A stretch of DNA of 64,000 nucleotides, from contig CAZNZM010000002.1 of the NCBI GenBank assembly GCA_964577555.1, forward strand, positions 11,741-75,740, written 5' to 3'. Source of the DNA: an uncultured archaeon. Its GTDB lineage: Archaea > Iainarchaeota > Iainarchaeia > Iainarchaeales > Iainarchaeaceae. Under the pieces are notes generated by a model that was not told the origin of the DNA, did no database searches, and was given only the letters and a program-made list of their open reading frames with translations. Below, in pieces: positions 9,144 to 18,121 of the stretch (the stretch's first letter is position 1; each line of letters opens with the position of its first letter). The translations under genes and the position numbers were made by a program.

Positions 9144-10154
9144 TTAGTGCATGAATTCGTCTGGTTTCCAGTCTTCCCATTTTTTTATTCCTATTGCGAT
9201 CAGGCATTCTGTGGGGTTTATTATTAGCATTTTCCAGTTTTCTGCGTCGTCTAAAACTATTCTGTTGCATGCCGTGTTTACTAGGCAGTCAAATCCTGTT
9301 CCAAGCATGTAATTTTCATTTACTAAATCCATTTCAAGCAGGTATGCTTTTTTTCCTGTTTTTTCAATTTGTTTTTTCAGTTCCAGTGCTTTTTCTTTTT
9401 GTCTTTGTCCTGATTTTATTGAAACGATTATTCCGAATGTTTTGGCTTGGGATGCCATGGCTATTGCGGCAAATCTTTTTCTCATTAATTTGTCTTTGTT
9501 TTTTTCGCTTATTTCTTCAATTGTTTTTGTAATTGGATTCACTACTATTACTGGTTTTTTTGTGTTGAACACTAACCCCATTGGGTGGAAGTAGCCGTCT
9601 CCAAAGTAGACGTTTGCTTGTATGTTTGGTTGTGCTTCTTCCACAACGGTATAATTGCATCCTAATATTTGTCCTTCGGATGCTATTCTTTGGCTGCCTT
9701 TTCCAATGTATGTTTTTATTCCGTTTCTGAATAGTATTTCTCTTATTTTTGGGATGTGTGTGTTGTATTGTGCGTTTGCTACCAGTGTAATTGTTTCTAT
9801 TTTTCTTTTTTTTAGTTCTTTTAGCAGTTTTTCTGTGCTTTCTTTTATTTCTTCTTCGCTCAGCTTGTATTCCAATGGCAGATAAAGTATTTTTTCGCTT
9901 TTATGAATTGGACTGTGTCCTATGTGTATTATTGCATCAGCATTAAGCACTTTCATGTCGTGCAATGGGAGGTCGCATGCTCCGTAGCATGGATCCATTT
10001 TTATGAAAATGTTTTCGCAGACTGTTGATAAGGTGTCTGCTATGAATTTGGTTTTTTGTTTCAAGCCTTCAGGTATTTGTATTATTGCTGTTTGTGCTTT
10101 TTTTTCCTTTAAAAATTTTTTTGCAGGTTCAAGGTCTATTATTAATTCTGCCAT
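9144..10154 (-). CDS. dph2: 2-(3-amino-3-carboxypropyl)histidine synthase (diphthamide biosynthesis Dph2).
   Basis: Length is 336 aa. Three spaced Cys residues (DPCYGACD, ILGCNYT, VNTACNRIV) are positioned as in the archaeal Dph2 radical-SAM-like fold. Confidence 0.7.
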   Translation of the reverse strand: MAELIIDLEPAKKFLKEKKAQTAIIQIPEGLKQKTKFIADTLSTVCENIFIKMDPCYGACDLPLHDMKVLNADAIIHIGHSPIHKSEKILYLPLEYKLSEEEIKESTEKLLKELKKRKIETITLVANAQYNTHIPKIREILFRNGIKTYIGKGSQRIASEGQILGCNYTVVEEAQPNIQANVYFGDGYFHPMGLVFNTKKPVIVVNPITKTIEEISEKNKDKLMRKRFAAIAMASQAKTFGIIVSIKSGQRQKEKALELKKQIEKTGKKAYLLEMDLVNENYMLGTGFDCLVNTACNRIVLDDAENWKMLIINPTECLIAIGIKKWEDWKPDEFMH

Positions 10155-10254
10155 AGTATTGTTTGTGTGTTAGAAAGTTGTTAATACTTTATGTATTTGG
10201 CGATTTTTTTTGTTTGATGTGTTTATGTTTTATTAATAAATCAGTTGTTTTTTT

Positions 10255-10305
10255 GTTGTTTGTTTTTGTCGAGCCATTTTTTGAGTCAATTTGTTTTTTT
10301 TTTGA
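10255..10305. repeat. Short GCGAGCC-oligo(T) family repeat.
   Basis: gtcgagccattttttgagtcaatttgtttttttttgagtcatttttttg. Confidence 0.5.
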
Positions 10306-10306
10306 G

Positions 10307-11035
10307 TCATTTTTTTGTTGTTTTTGTTTCAGTTTTCTTTTCTGTTGTTTTTGTTTCTTCTTTCTTTGTTTCGGTTTTGCTTGCTTCTGTGGTTGTGCTT
10401 GTTATTGTGCTTGCTGCTGCGGCTTTTGCTGTTTCTTCTTCTGCAATTATGTCTCTTGTTTTCTTTGGTTTTGTGCCTATGCTTTGAACGTCTTTGTGTA
10501 TTATTACTTCTATTTTGCATGGAAATCTTGCTTTTGCATACATTAATGCTTTTTTTGCTTTTTCTTTGAATTCGTCATTTACAAGTACTGAGAATATTTT
10601 TTGTTTGTCTCTTACTCTTACTGCCCTGCCTATTGTTTTGCCAAATGCGTGGCTCATTCCTTTTTGTATACGGTCCGCGTGTGCTCCTTGTGCTTGCTTG
10701 TTTTCTCTTAATATGTGGTATGAGTATACTCTTAGTTTTAAGAAAAATTCTTCTTTTCCAACTAGTTTTATTAGTTGTCTGTTTATCATTAGTCTTGCGC
10801 TTTCAATTGCGTTGTCTCTTATTTGGATTCCCATTGGCGGGACTCTTACTATGAGATCAAGTATTGTGTCGAATTCTTTTTGGCCGTTTCCCATGTTCCA
10901 TTGTCTTGTTTTTAATCCTGGCACTGCTCCGATATAGTCTTTTTCTTGCACTTTTTCTGCGTGCCTTGTATATGCCCTGTCTCTTGTGTGTCTATAGCAG
11001 TATCCTGGCCTTAAACCCATATTATAATCACTCAA
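10307..11035 (-). CDS. rpl10e: 50S ribosomal protein L10e (uL16) with a C-terminal T/K/E low-complexity tail of about 60 aa.
   Basis: The core MGLRPGYCYRHTRDRAYTRH...IRDNAIESARLMINRQL matches L10e. The tail is AAAASTITSTTTEASKTETKKEETKTTEKKTETKTTKK. The true start may be the internal MGLRP. Confidence 0.8.
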   Translation of the reverse strand: MSDYNMGLRPGYCYRHTRDRAYTRHAEKVQEKDYIGAVPGLKTRQWNMGNGQKEFDTILDLIVRVPPMGIQIRDNAIESARLMINRQLIKLVGKEEFFLKLRVYSYHILRENKQAQGAHADRIQKGMSHAFGKTIGRAVRVRDKQKIFSVLVNDEFKEKAKKALMYAKARFPCKIEVIIHKDVQSIGTKPKKTRDIIAEEETAKAAAASTITSTTTEASKTETKKEETKTTEKKTETKTTKK

Positions 11036-11104
11036 AATAAGTTTTTTTTATGCCTAAAAGTTACTTATTTTTCCTTAGAATGCTTTAAAAAGCTTCTCTC
11101 GGCG

Positions 11105-11360
11105 CTTTTGCTTGTTCTTTTTGCTTTCGCTTTTGCATCTTGTTCTTTGTCATTTTTTTTGTTTTGGCGAGCCGTCTTTGGCAATCATATTTTTAATTTA
11201 AATTTTTTTGTCTTTGTTGGTTTGGTTTTTGTGTGTTTTTTTTGTTGTTTTGTGAGATGTTTTTTGGTATTTTTTTTATTTTTCGTGTGTTTTTTTGTTT
11301 TTGTGTGGCAATTTTTTTTAGTTAATTTTGTTTGTATTTTGGCTTGGTTTTGCAAGTTGT
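11105..11360. repeat. GCGAGCC-oligo(T) family repeat array.
   Basis: ttggcgagccgtctttggc plus T-rich units. Confidence 0.6.
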
Positions 11361-11364
11361 TTTT

Positions 11365-11862
11365 TTATAAATATTTTCTTCTTATCATTTCGAGGCTTTC
11401 CATTCTTGTTTCTAATTTTTTTCTTTGGTAGTAATCAAGTTTTTTTATATTTTTGAGGAATTGTTTTAATGCAATGGCTTGTTTGTATGCTTCTTCGTTT
11501 CCGTTAAGTGCTTTGTTTTCGGCTTCTTTTATCATTTCTGTTATTGTTTTTTCTAATTGGTCAAATTTCGTTATTTTATTTTCTAATATTATTTGAATCA
11601 GGCTTTCAACCAATTGTTTTTTTTCTTCCTCTTTCATTCCTGTTTTTGGCCAAAATATTTCCCCTATTAATTTCATTTCATTTTCCAAACTTACTTCTAA
11701 TTTTTTTTCTCTGGTGAATTTTATTCCGTAGTTATGGGTTCCGCTTGTGTTTATTGGCGGTCTTTTTTTGGGTTCTCTCTGTGCAACTATTATATTTAAT
11801 AAGTTTTTTAATCCTGTGGCCAAGACTGTTTTATTGGTTCGTGATTGCATTCTTTTTTTCAT
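11365..11862 (-). CDS. Hypothetical protein with a basic N-terminus and a helical C-terminus.
   Basis: The ORF is 165 aa and A-rich in coding, consistent with the strand composition. No recognisable motif was found. Confidence 0.4.
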   Translation of the reverse strand: MKKRMQSRTNKTVLATGLKNLLNIIVAQREPKKRPPINTSGTHNYGIKFTREKKLEVSLENEMKLIGEIFWPKTGMKEEEKKQLVESLIQIILENKITKFDQLEKTITEMIKEAENKALNGNEEAYKQAIALKQFLKNIKKLDYYQRKKLETRMESLEMIRRKYL

Positions 11863-11956
11863 AGTATAAAATGGTGTTCTTTTATTTTATAATTTTGGTG
11901 TCGTTTTTTTGTGTCGATAGTTTTATTTAGTTTAAAAACAGATATATTGTTTATTT

Positions 11957-12736
11957 ATGCCGAACAATGCTGAAGAAATTTCTTTTGAAGATAATGAATT
12001 AGTTAAAAGAGTTTTTGAAGATAGGCAAAGGGATATAATTTTAAAAGTCAAGGTTTATCTTTCCGCGAAAATGGGAAAACAGGAGATTTTGAAGCGTCTT
12101 GAGGAAAATAATTTGTCTCCGCAGGAAAAAAAAATGGTTTGTGATATGATTGAAGAGTATTATTTTGTCGAGCAGGAAAAGTTAAACAAGTTTTTGATTA
12201 AGGGTTTTTTGGCTTTGTTGTTTGTTTTTTTTGTTTTAGGTGTTTTTTATTACGTATTTTTTTTGTATAATTCCACTTATTTTTCTTCCAAGTGTTCTAA
12301 TGTTGGTGAATTTTCAATTGATGGGGATATTATGCAAAGATCTTATGTGGTTAATGCTCTTAAAATAATTGAGTATGATTGTGATTATTTGAAATTTGTT
12401 AATTCTTTTGTTCCTAATCTTATCGTGAGGAATATTTCTTTGTTTGAAGGTGGTTTTTATGAAAAGGATTCTCGCACTGCTGTTTTGGATATTAAAAAAT
12501 TTTCTTATTATGGTTTGGCCGGAGTAATTGTTCATGAAGCATGTCATGGTTATCAAGATGCTTTTGGTTTGGATTTTTCAGAGTCTGAATGCGTTTCTAC
12601 ACAATACAATTTTTTGGAGAGTATCAATGCTTCTGATTCAGAGTTGATTTATGTAAGAAATATTGCTTCTTTTAATCCAAAGTATTCTTTTGGGAAGAAA
12701 GATGTTTTTGCTGAATGGAAATCCAAGCAAAAATAG
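11957..12736 (+). CDS. Hypothetical membrane-anchored protein with an HExxH motif (putative metallopeptidase-like).
   Basis: It has a TM helix (LALLFVFFVLGVFYYVFFL) and a VIVHEACHGYQ motif. Confidence 0.4.
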   Translation: MPNNAEEISFEDNELVKRVFEDRQRDIILKVKVYLSAKMGKQEILKRLEENNLSPQEKKMVCDMIEEYYFVEQEKLNKFLIKGFLALLFVFFVLGVFYYVFFLYNSTYFSSKCSNVGEFSIDGDIMQRSYVVNALKIIEYDCDYLKFVNSFVPNLIVRNISLFEGGFYEKDSRTAVLDIKKFSYYGLAGVIVHEACHGYQDAFGLDFSESECVSTQYNFLESINASDSELIYVRNIASFNPKYSFGKKDVFAEWKSKQK

Positions 12737-12745
12737 TTTTTGACT

Positions 12746-13378
12746 TTATTTGATTATTTTTTGGAGTTCTGCTGCGCTTTTTATTGAATTTTTTCCTAGT
12801 TGTTTTTTTGTTCCGAGTCCTGTCAATACTCCTATGAATTTCATTCCTGCTGCTTTTGCTCCTTGTTTGTCGTATACGGAGTCTCCTACTACTATGCATT
12901 CTTCTGGCCTGAGCCCGAGTTTTGCTGCTGCAATTAGGAAGCAGTCTGGTGCAGGTTTTCCTTTTGTGACGTCGTCTATTGTTATTACTGCGTCAAAGAG
13001 TTTTCTGAATTTTTTTTGGGTTGAATGGAAATATATTATGTTGCTTGATCCTGTTGCTATCGCCATTTTTATTCCTTGTTTTTTGAGTTTTTTTATTGCA
13101 TTTATTGTTCCTTTGAATTCCAATTTTTTTTCTCCTATTAATTTGAAGTAATAGTAGTGCCTTTCTTCTCTGAGATCAGCCAGTCTTAGCCCGGATTTTT
13201 TGACGCTGTCAAGTCGTTTTAGTATGTCAAGTGTGCTCATTCCCATTAGTTTTTCTATTTCTTTTGGCTTGATTTTTATGTTGTAGTCTTTTAAGAGTAA
13301 TTTGAAGGCTTTGTAGTGGTATGGTATGCTGTTTATTAGTGTTCCGTCCAAGTCAAAGATTATTCCTTTTGTTTGCAT
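12746..13378 (-). CDS. HAD-superfamily hydrolase, subfamily IA (beta-phosphoglucomutase/phosphatase-like).
   Basis: It has the N-terminal IIFDLDGTL motif and the C-terminal GDSVYD motif. Confidence 0.75.
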   Translation of the reverse strand: MQTKGIIFDLDGTLINSIPYHYKAFKLLLKDYNIKIKPKEIEKLMGMSTLDILKRLDSVKKSGLRLADLREERHYYYFKLIGEKKLEFKGTINAIKKLKKQGIKMAIATGSSNIIYFHSTQKKFRKLFDAVITIDDVTKGKPAPDCFLIAAAKLGLRPEECIVVGDSVYDKQGAKAAGMKFIGVLTGLGTKKQLGKNSIKSAAELQKIIK

Positions 13379-13424
13379 TTAATCAAAATTATTGTAAATG
13401 TTTTATTTTAATGTGTTGTTTTTT

Positions 13425-13500
13425 TTGTGAGATATTTTTTTGGTATTTGATTTTTTTTAGCAAGCCAATTTTTTTGTCAGGTTTTTGTTTCGTTTTTTTT
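13425..13500. repeat. GCGAGCC-oligo(T) family repeat.
   Basis: tagcaagccaatttttttg plus T-runs. Confidence 0.5.
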
Positions 13501-14371
13501 TTAGGTTTTGCAAGTAGTGTTTGTAGATTAAAATTATGCCGATTATTAGGACAATTGTTTGTGTTATTGTTGTTTCTGCTGTTTGGTATATTCCGAGTTC
13601 TTTTATTTTTGGAATTTGAATTATTGTTTCGTTTATTATTTTTGCTTCTTGTAGTTCGTGTATTCCTTTTCCAGCAAATTTGAATGATAGTATAAAGAGA
13701 ATTATGCTTGTAATTGAGAAAATTGTTTTGGTTGGGAGTTTGTTTTCTATTTTGTTAATTAAAAAATACGCAATTGAAAGGAAAATTATTCCTAATATGA
13801 AACCTGCTATTATGTTTGGTTGGTTTGTGGTTATTGCAAGTGCTTTGTAGAATAATACTGTTTCAAATCCTTCTCGGTAAACTGCTAAAAAAGCTATTAT
13901 GGTGAGTGTTTTTTCGCTGTTTTTGTTAATAGCGTTTTTTGTTTGTTTTTCTATGTGATTAACCCAAATTTTTTTGTCTATTTTTCCTAAAAACCAGTTT
14001 GTGGTGTATAACATTATTATTGCTGCAAGGATTGTTGTTATTCCTTCTATTATTTCTTTTTGGCTTTTGTTGCTTTCTAGTGTTTCATTAAGGGCTATTC
14101 CTGTGATAATGCTTGTGATTATTCCTAGTGCGACTCCGTAGTATATGTATTTTTTCTTTTTTTCATTTCCCGTTTTTGAAAGGTAAGCTATGATAGTTGA
14201 TATTATGATAATTGTTTCAAGTCCTTCTCTTGCAATTATTGAAAATGATTCGGCTAAAATCATTGTGCTGTTTTCTTGGTTGTTATTTTTTTGTGCGTAA
14301 TTGCTTATTGTTATTTGCGAAATTAATATTATTGATATTGCAAGTGTTGCGAAAATTGTTGTTTTTTTCAT
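13457..14371 (-). CDS. FTR1/EfeU-family high-affinity iron permease.
   Basis: Two REXXE motifs (AREGLET, YREGFET) sit in a polytopic membrane protein. It has an N-terminal signal or TM segment. Confidence 0.6.
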   Translation of the reverse strand: MKKTTIFATLAISIILISQITISNYAQKNNNQENSTMILAESFSIIAREGLETIIIISTIIAYLSKTGNEKKKKYIYYGVALGIITSIITGIALNETLESNKSQKEIIEGITTILAAIIMLYTTNWFLGKIDKKIWVNHIEKQTKNAINKNSEKTLTIIAFLAVYREGFETVLFYKALAITTNQPNIIAGFILGIIFLSIAYFLINKIENKLPTKTIFSITSIILFILSFKFAGKGIHELQEAKIINETIIQIPKIKELGIYQTAETTITQTIVLIIGIILIYKHYLQNLKKKRNKNLTKKLAC

Positions 14372-14406
14372 GGATTTATTCTTTGGCGGGTGTTTTTAAT
14401 TTAAAT

Positions 14407-17076
14407 CTATTTTTGTGTTAATATTTGTTGATTGTTTTCTGTGAGAAATATTTTGGTTGTTTCCATTAGTATGAATCCGATAATTGAGATTGTTATTATT
14501 TCCATCCAATTATTTAATGTGATTGGCGTTGTTTCAAAAATTTGTTGTAGTGGTGTTAGATAGATTATTGCTATTTGTAATATTATTGATGAAGTGATGC
14601 CAATTACAAGCCATTTGTTTTCCGTTATTTTTGAAAATCCTTTGAATGGTTGGATTGATCTGCTTCCTATTGCCGCAAACATTTGGAATATTACAAGGGT
14701 TGTGAATGCTATTGTTTTGGCTTTTTGTTCCCCTTCCCAAGCATGTTTTAGAAAAAGTAGAAAACTTCCTATCCCCATTGTAATGCCGAATATTATTATT
14801 GCGAGTAGCATTTTTCCTTGCAGTGGTTGTTCTTCTTTTTTTATTGGTGGGTTTTTCATTACTTCTTGGCCTGATTTTTCAAATCCTAATCCTATTGCTG
14901 GCAGTCCGTCTGTGAGAAGGTTCATTACAAGTATTTGCAATGGGTTTAATGGTAATGCCGTATTTTTTATCAAGGCTGCTATTACTATTGTTATTTCTCC
15001 AAGGTTGCATGATAAAAGGTATTTTGTGGAGTTCATTATTTTGTAGTATGTGTTTCTGCCTTCTTTTATTCCGGTTATTATTGTTGTGAAATTGTCGTCT
15101 GTTATGGTTGTGGCTGAGACTTCTTTTGCTATGTCTGTTCCTGTTATGCCCATTGATATTCCGACGTCTGCTTTTTTGAGGGCTGGTGCATCGTTTACGC
15201 CGTCTCCGGTCATTATGACTACTTCGCCTTTTTTTTTGAGTGCTTTTATTATTTTGAGTTTTTGTATTGGCAATGCGCGTGAAATTATTGTTACTTTGTC
15301 TATTATTTTTTGCAGGTTGTTTTCGTCAATTTTTTCAAGTTCTTCTCCTGTTAGTACTATGTCTTCTTTTTTGTAAATTCCTATTTTTTCAGCTATTGCT
15401 TTTGCTGTTTCTGAGTGGTCTCCGGTTATCATCATTATTTTTATTCCTGCGTTTTTTGCATTTTCAATTGATTCTTTTACTTCTTCTCTTGGAGGGTCAA
15501 TCATTCCTATTAAACCAACAAAAATCAGGTCTTTTTCTATTTCTTCTATTGTGTATTTTTCTTTCATATTTTCTTTGTATGCAAAGCCAAGGACTCTTAG
15601 GGCGTTTTGCGCGAATTTTGAGTTGGTTTGCAGTATTTTTTTTCTGTCTTCTTCGGTGATTTTTCTTTTTTTTCCGTTTTTTTCCAAAATTGTTGTGCAT
15701 TTTTTTAATAGAATGTCTGGGGCTCCTTTTGTGAGGGCTTGTTTTTTTCCTTTGTCGCTTATTATTGTTGTCATTAGTTTTCTTTCTGGATCAAATGGCA
15801 ATTCTTTGATTATTTTGATGTTTTTGTCTTCGGTTTTGTATCCTGTTTTTTTTGCAAATACTAGGAGAGCGGCTTCTGTAGGGTCTCCAATTACTTTCCA
15901 TTTGTCGTTTTCTTTGAATATTCTTGAATTGTTGCAGAAGGTTGATATTTGAGCCAGCATTTGTATTGCAGGATTTTTTTTGTCTTTTGTGATTAGTTCT
16001 CCTTTTGGTTCGTATCCTGAGCCAGTTATTTCGATTTCTTGGTTTTCAATAAAGATTTTTGTGACTGTCATTTCGTTTTTTGTTATTGTGCCTGTTTTGT
16101 CAGAGCAGATTATTGTTGCTTGTCCTAAGTTTTGTATTGCGTCAAGTTTTCTGACAATCATTTTGTTTTTTGCTAGTTCGTTTGCTCCAAGGGAAAGGCT
16201 TATTGTTACTACTGCTGGAAGGGAATTTGGTACTGCCGCTACTGCAAGGCTTATTGCAAAGACGAGCATTTCGTCCGGTTTTAATTTGCTTTGTATTATG
16301 CCTAATAAAAAAACTATTCCTATTATTGCTATTACTAATAAGCCTATTTGTTTTGACATTTTTTCAAATTTTTCTTCTAACGCGGTTTTTTTGATTTCTT
16401 GATGCATTATTGTTTCTGCTATTTTTCCAAATTCCGTGTTTTTGCCTGTTGCTGTTGTTATTGCGTTTCCTTTGCCATAAGTTACTATTGTTCCTGAAAA
16501 AGCCATGTTTTCTTGGTCTGCAATAGGGCAGTTTTCTGGCAGTATTTCAGTTATTTTTTTTGAGGGCACTGATTCTCCGGTCAGACTTGATTCTTCAATT
16601 TGGAGGCTTGTTTCTTCAAAAATTCTGCAATCTGCTGGCACTATGTCTCCTGCTTCAAGAAGTATTATGTCGCCTGGCACTATTTCTTTTGCGGGTATTT
16701 TTTTTTGTTTTCCTTCTCTGATGACTTTTGCTATTGGTGCAAAAAGCCTTTCCAGTTTTTCCATGGATTTTTCAGCTTTGTATTCTTGGAAAAACCCCAA
16801 CAAGCCTGAAAGTATTATTATTGTGATTATTGCAGTTGCTTCAAGATAGTCTCCTAATATTATTGAAAAGCATGTCGCCAAAAAAAGTAGTAATTGCAGA
16901 AAGCCGGTGAATTGCGATGTAAGTATTGTCAGCCATTCTCGTTTTTTTGTTTTTGGGATTTCGTTCAAGCCGTATTTGTTTATTCTTTTTTTTGCTTCTT
17001 CTTCGGAAAGCCCGTTTTTTGAAGATTGGAAGTATTCAAATATTTTGTCAATGCTTGTTGAATGCGGATTTTTCAT
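14407..17076 (-). CDS. P-type cation-transporting ATPase (P2-type, Ca2+/Mg2+-like).
   Basis: It has the CSDKTGTIT phosphorylation motif, MITGDH, and the GDGVNDAPALKKADVG hinge. Length is 889 aa. Confidence 0.85.
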   Translation of the reverse strand: MKNPHSTSIDKIFEYFQSSKNGLSEEEAKKRINKYGLNEIPKTKKREWLTILTSQFTGFLQLLLFLATCFSIILGDYLEATAIITIIILSGLLGFFQEYKAEKSMEKLERLFAPIAKVIREGKQKKIPAKEIVPGDIILLEAGDIVPADCRIFEETSLQIEESSLTGESVPSKKITEILPENCPIADQENMAFSGTIVTYGKGNAITTATGKNTEFGKIAETIMHQEIKKTALEEKFEKMSKQIGLLVIAIIGIVFLLGIIQSKLKPDEMLVFAISLAVAAVPNSLPAVVTISLSLGANELAKNKMIVRKLDAIQNLGQATIICSDKTGTITKNEMTVTKIFIENQEIEITGSGYEPKGELITKDKKNPAIQMLAQISTFCNNSRIFKENDKWKVIGDPTEAALLVFAKKTGYKTEDKNIKIIKELPFDPERKLMTTIISDKGKKQALTKGAPDILLKKCTTILEKNGKKRKITEEDRKKILQTNSKFAQNALRVLGFAYKENMKEKYTIEEIEKDLIFVGLIGMIDPPREEVKESIENAKNAGIKIMMITGDHSETAKAIAEKIGIYKKEDIVLTGEELEKIDENNLQKIIDKVTIISRALPIQKLKIIKALKKKGEVVIMTGDGVNDAPALKKADVGISMGITGTDIAKEVSATTITDDNFTTIITGIKEGRNTYYKIMNSTKYLLSCNLGEITIVIAALIKNTALPLNPLQILVMNLLTDGLPAIGLGFEKSGQEVMKNPPIKKEEQPLQGKMLLAIIIFGITMGIGSFLLFLKHAWEGEQKAKTIAFTTLVIFQMFAAIGSRSIQPFKGFSKITENKWLVIGITSSIILQIAIIYLTPLQQIFETTPITLNNWMEIITISIIGFILMETTKIFLTENNQQILTQK

Positions 17077-17119
17077 TTAACCTAAATAAAAGAAGTTTTG
17101 TTAATTAAATATTTCTATT

Positions 17120-17854
17120 TCAAAACGAAAAAATGAATATTAATAGATTGTCTGTGATGTGTGCTATGATTGACGGTGCAAGGCTTTTTTGTTTGTAACA
17201 AATCCAATTAATGAAATATAATGAGCCATACATAATACCTCCTCTAAATGCAGATAATTGATTTATTGGCGGGTGAATTATTGCAAATAAGAATGCTTGG
17301 TCAATTATAATAAGAATGATTAGTAATAAGTGTAATAAGTTTTTTTTGCCGATTTTGATAAAAATGTCTGTTATTTTTGCGTTGGTCGGTATTTGTTGAA
17401 TTGTTTCTTCAATTCTTGTTGTTTTATTAATTATTGCAAAACCAATGACTCCGAATATGATCCCTCTGAATATTATTTCTTCGAATATTGGCATCAAGAA
17501 AACAACAGTTATTATAATTCCCTGCAAGTTATTTGTTGGCAATTTTATTATTGGATGCTGGAGAATACAGTATATTGATATGATGCAATTTATCAATAAA
17601 TAAATTATCATTCCGGGGTGAAATTTAAATTCTAAAGGTTCGATTATTGTTTTTATTGTTTTTTTGTTTTTCTGTAAAAATTCTTTTATAGGGTATTTTC
17701 CTTTATCTTTATAAAATTCTGTCGCATCAATAATTTTTTTATGAATGATTTTCTTGGTTGTTGGAAAATTGGCAATTATGTAAATAATTACTATTATAAG
17801 CAAAGATATTAAGTCTGGTTTTGGAATGTCTATGTAAATGTAATTTTCAAACAT
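17120..17854 (-). CDS. CPBP-family (CAAX/Abi-like) intramembrane metalloprotease.
   Basis: It has the EEIIFRG (EExxxR) and FAIIHP (FxxxH) motifs and is polytopic. The start is trimmed to the MFENY ATG because the longer ORF overlaps tRNA-Cys. Confidence 0.6.
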   Translation of the reverse strand: MFENYIYIDIPKPDLISLLIIVIIYIIANFPTTKKIIHKKIIDATEFYKDKGKYPIKEFLQKNKKTIKTIIEPLEFKFHPGMIIYLLINCIISIYCILQHPIIKLPTNNLQGIIITVVFLMPIFEEIIFRGIIFGVIGFAIINKTTRIEETIQQIPTNAKITDIFIKIGKKNLLHLLLIILIIIDQAFLFAIIHPPINQLSAFRGGIMYGSLYFINWICYKQKSLAPSIIAHITDNLLIFIFSF

Positions 17855-17878
17855 TTTTTTATCACTATTTTTGGCCGA

Positions 17879-17949
17879 AGCTGGGAGAGGGAGTCGAACC
17901 CCCCTAGCCCGCTCTGCAGGCGGGTACATAGCCGCTCTGACATCCCAGC
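17879..17949 (-). tRNA. tRNA-Cys (anticodon GCA), with no encoded CCA.
   Basis: On the minus strand it reads GCTGGGA...CCCGC-CTGCAGA-GCGGG...GGGGG-TTCGACT-CCCTC-TCCCAGC-T. There is a perfect 7-bp acceptor stem, a T-loop and an anticodon stem-loop. D-arm pairing is weak. Confidence 0.6.
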
Positions 17950-17954
17950 TGTTG

Positions 17955-18115
17955 TTTTTTTTGTTTTAAGAAGAAGTGTTGAGAAAGGATTAAAAGCAGT
18001 CGTGTGTTTTTGTGTTTTGATTTTTTTGTTTTTTTTAGCCATTTTAGGTTTTTTTTTATTTCGTTTTGTTTTTGGTTATATTTTTTTGCCGAGTTTTTTT
18101 GAATTTTACTTTTTT
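17955..18115. repeat. GCGAGCC-oligo(T) family repeat array.
   Basis: tagccattttagg and tgccgagtttttttg units in T-runs. Confidence 0.55.
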
Positions 18116-18121
18116 TAGTTT

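Noticed and set aside
17855-17929. 5' extension of the CPBP protease ORF
   Set aside because: It overlaps the tRNA-Cys gene on the same strand. The internal ATG at 17854 is the likely start.
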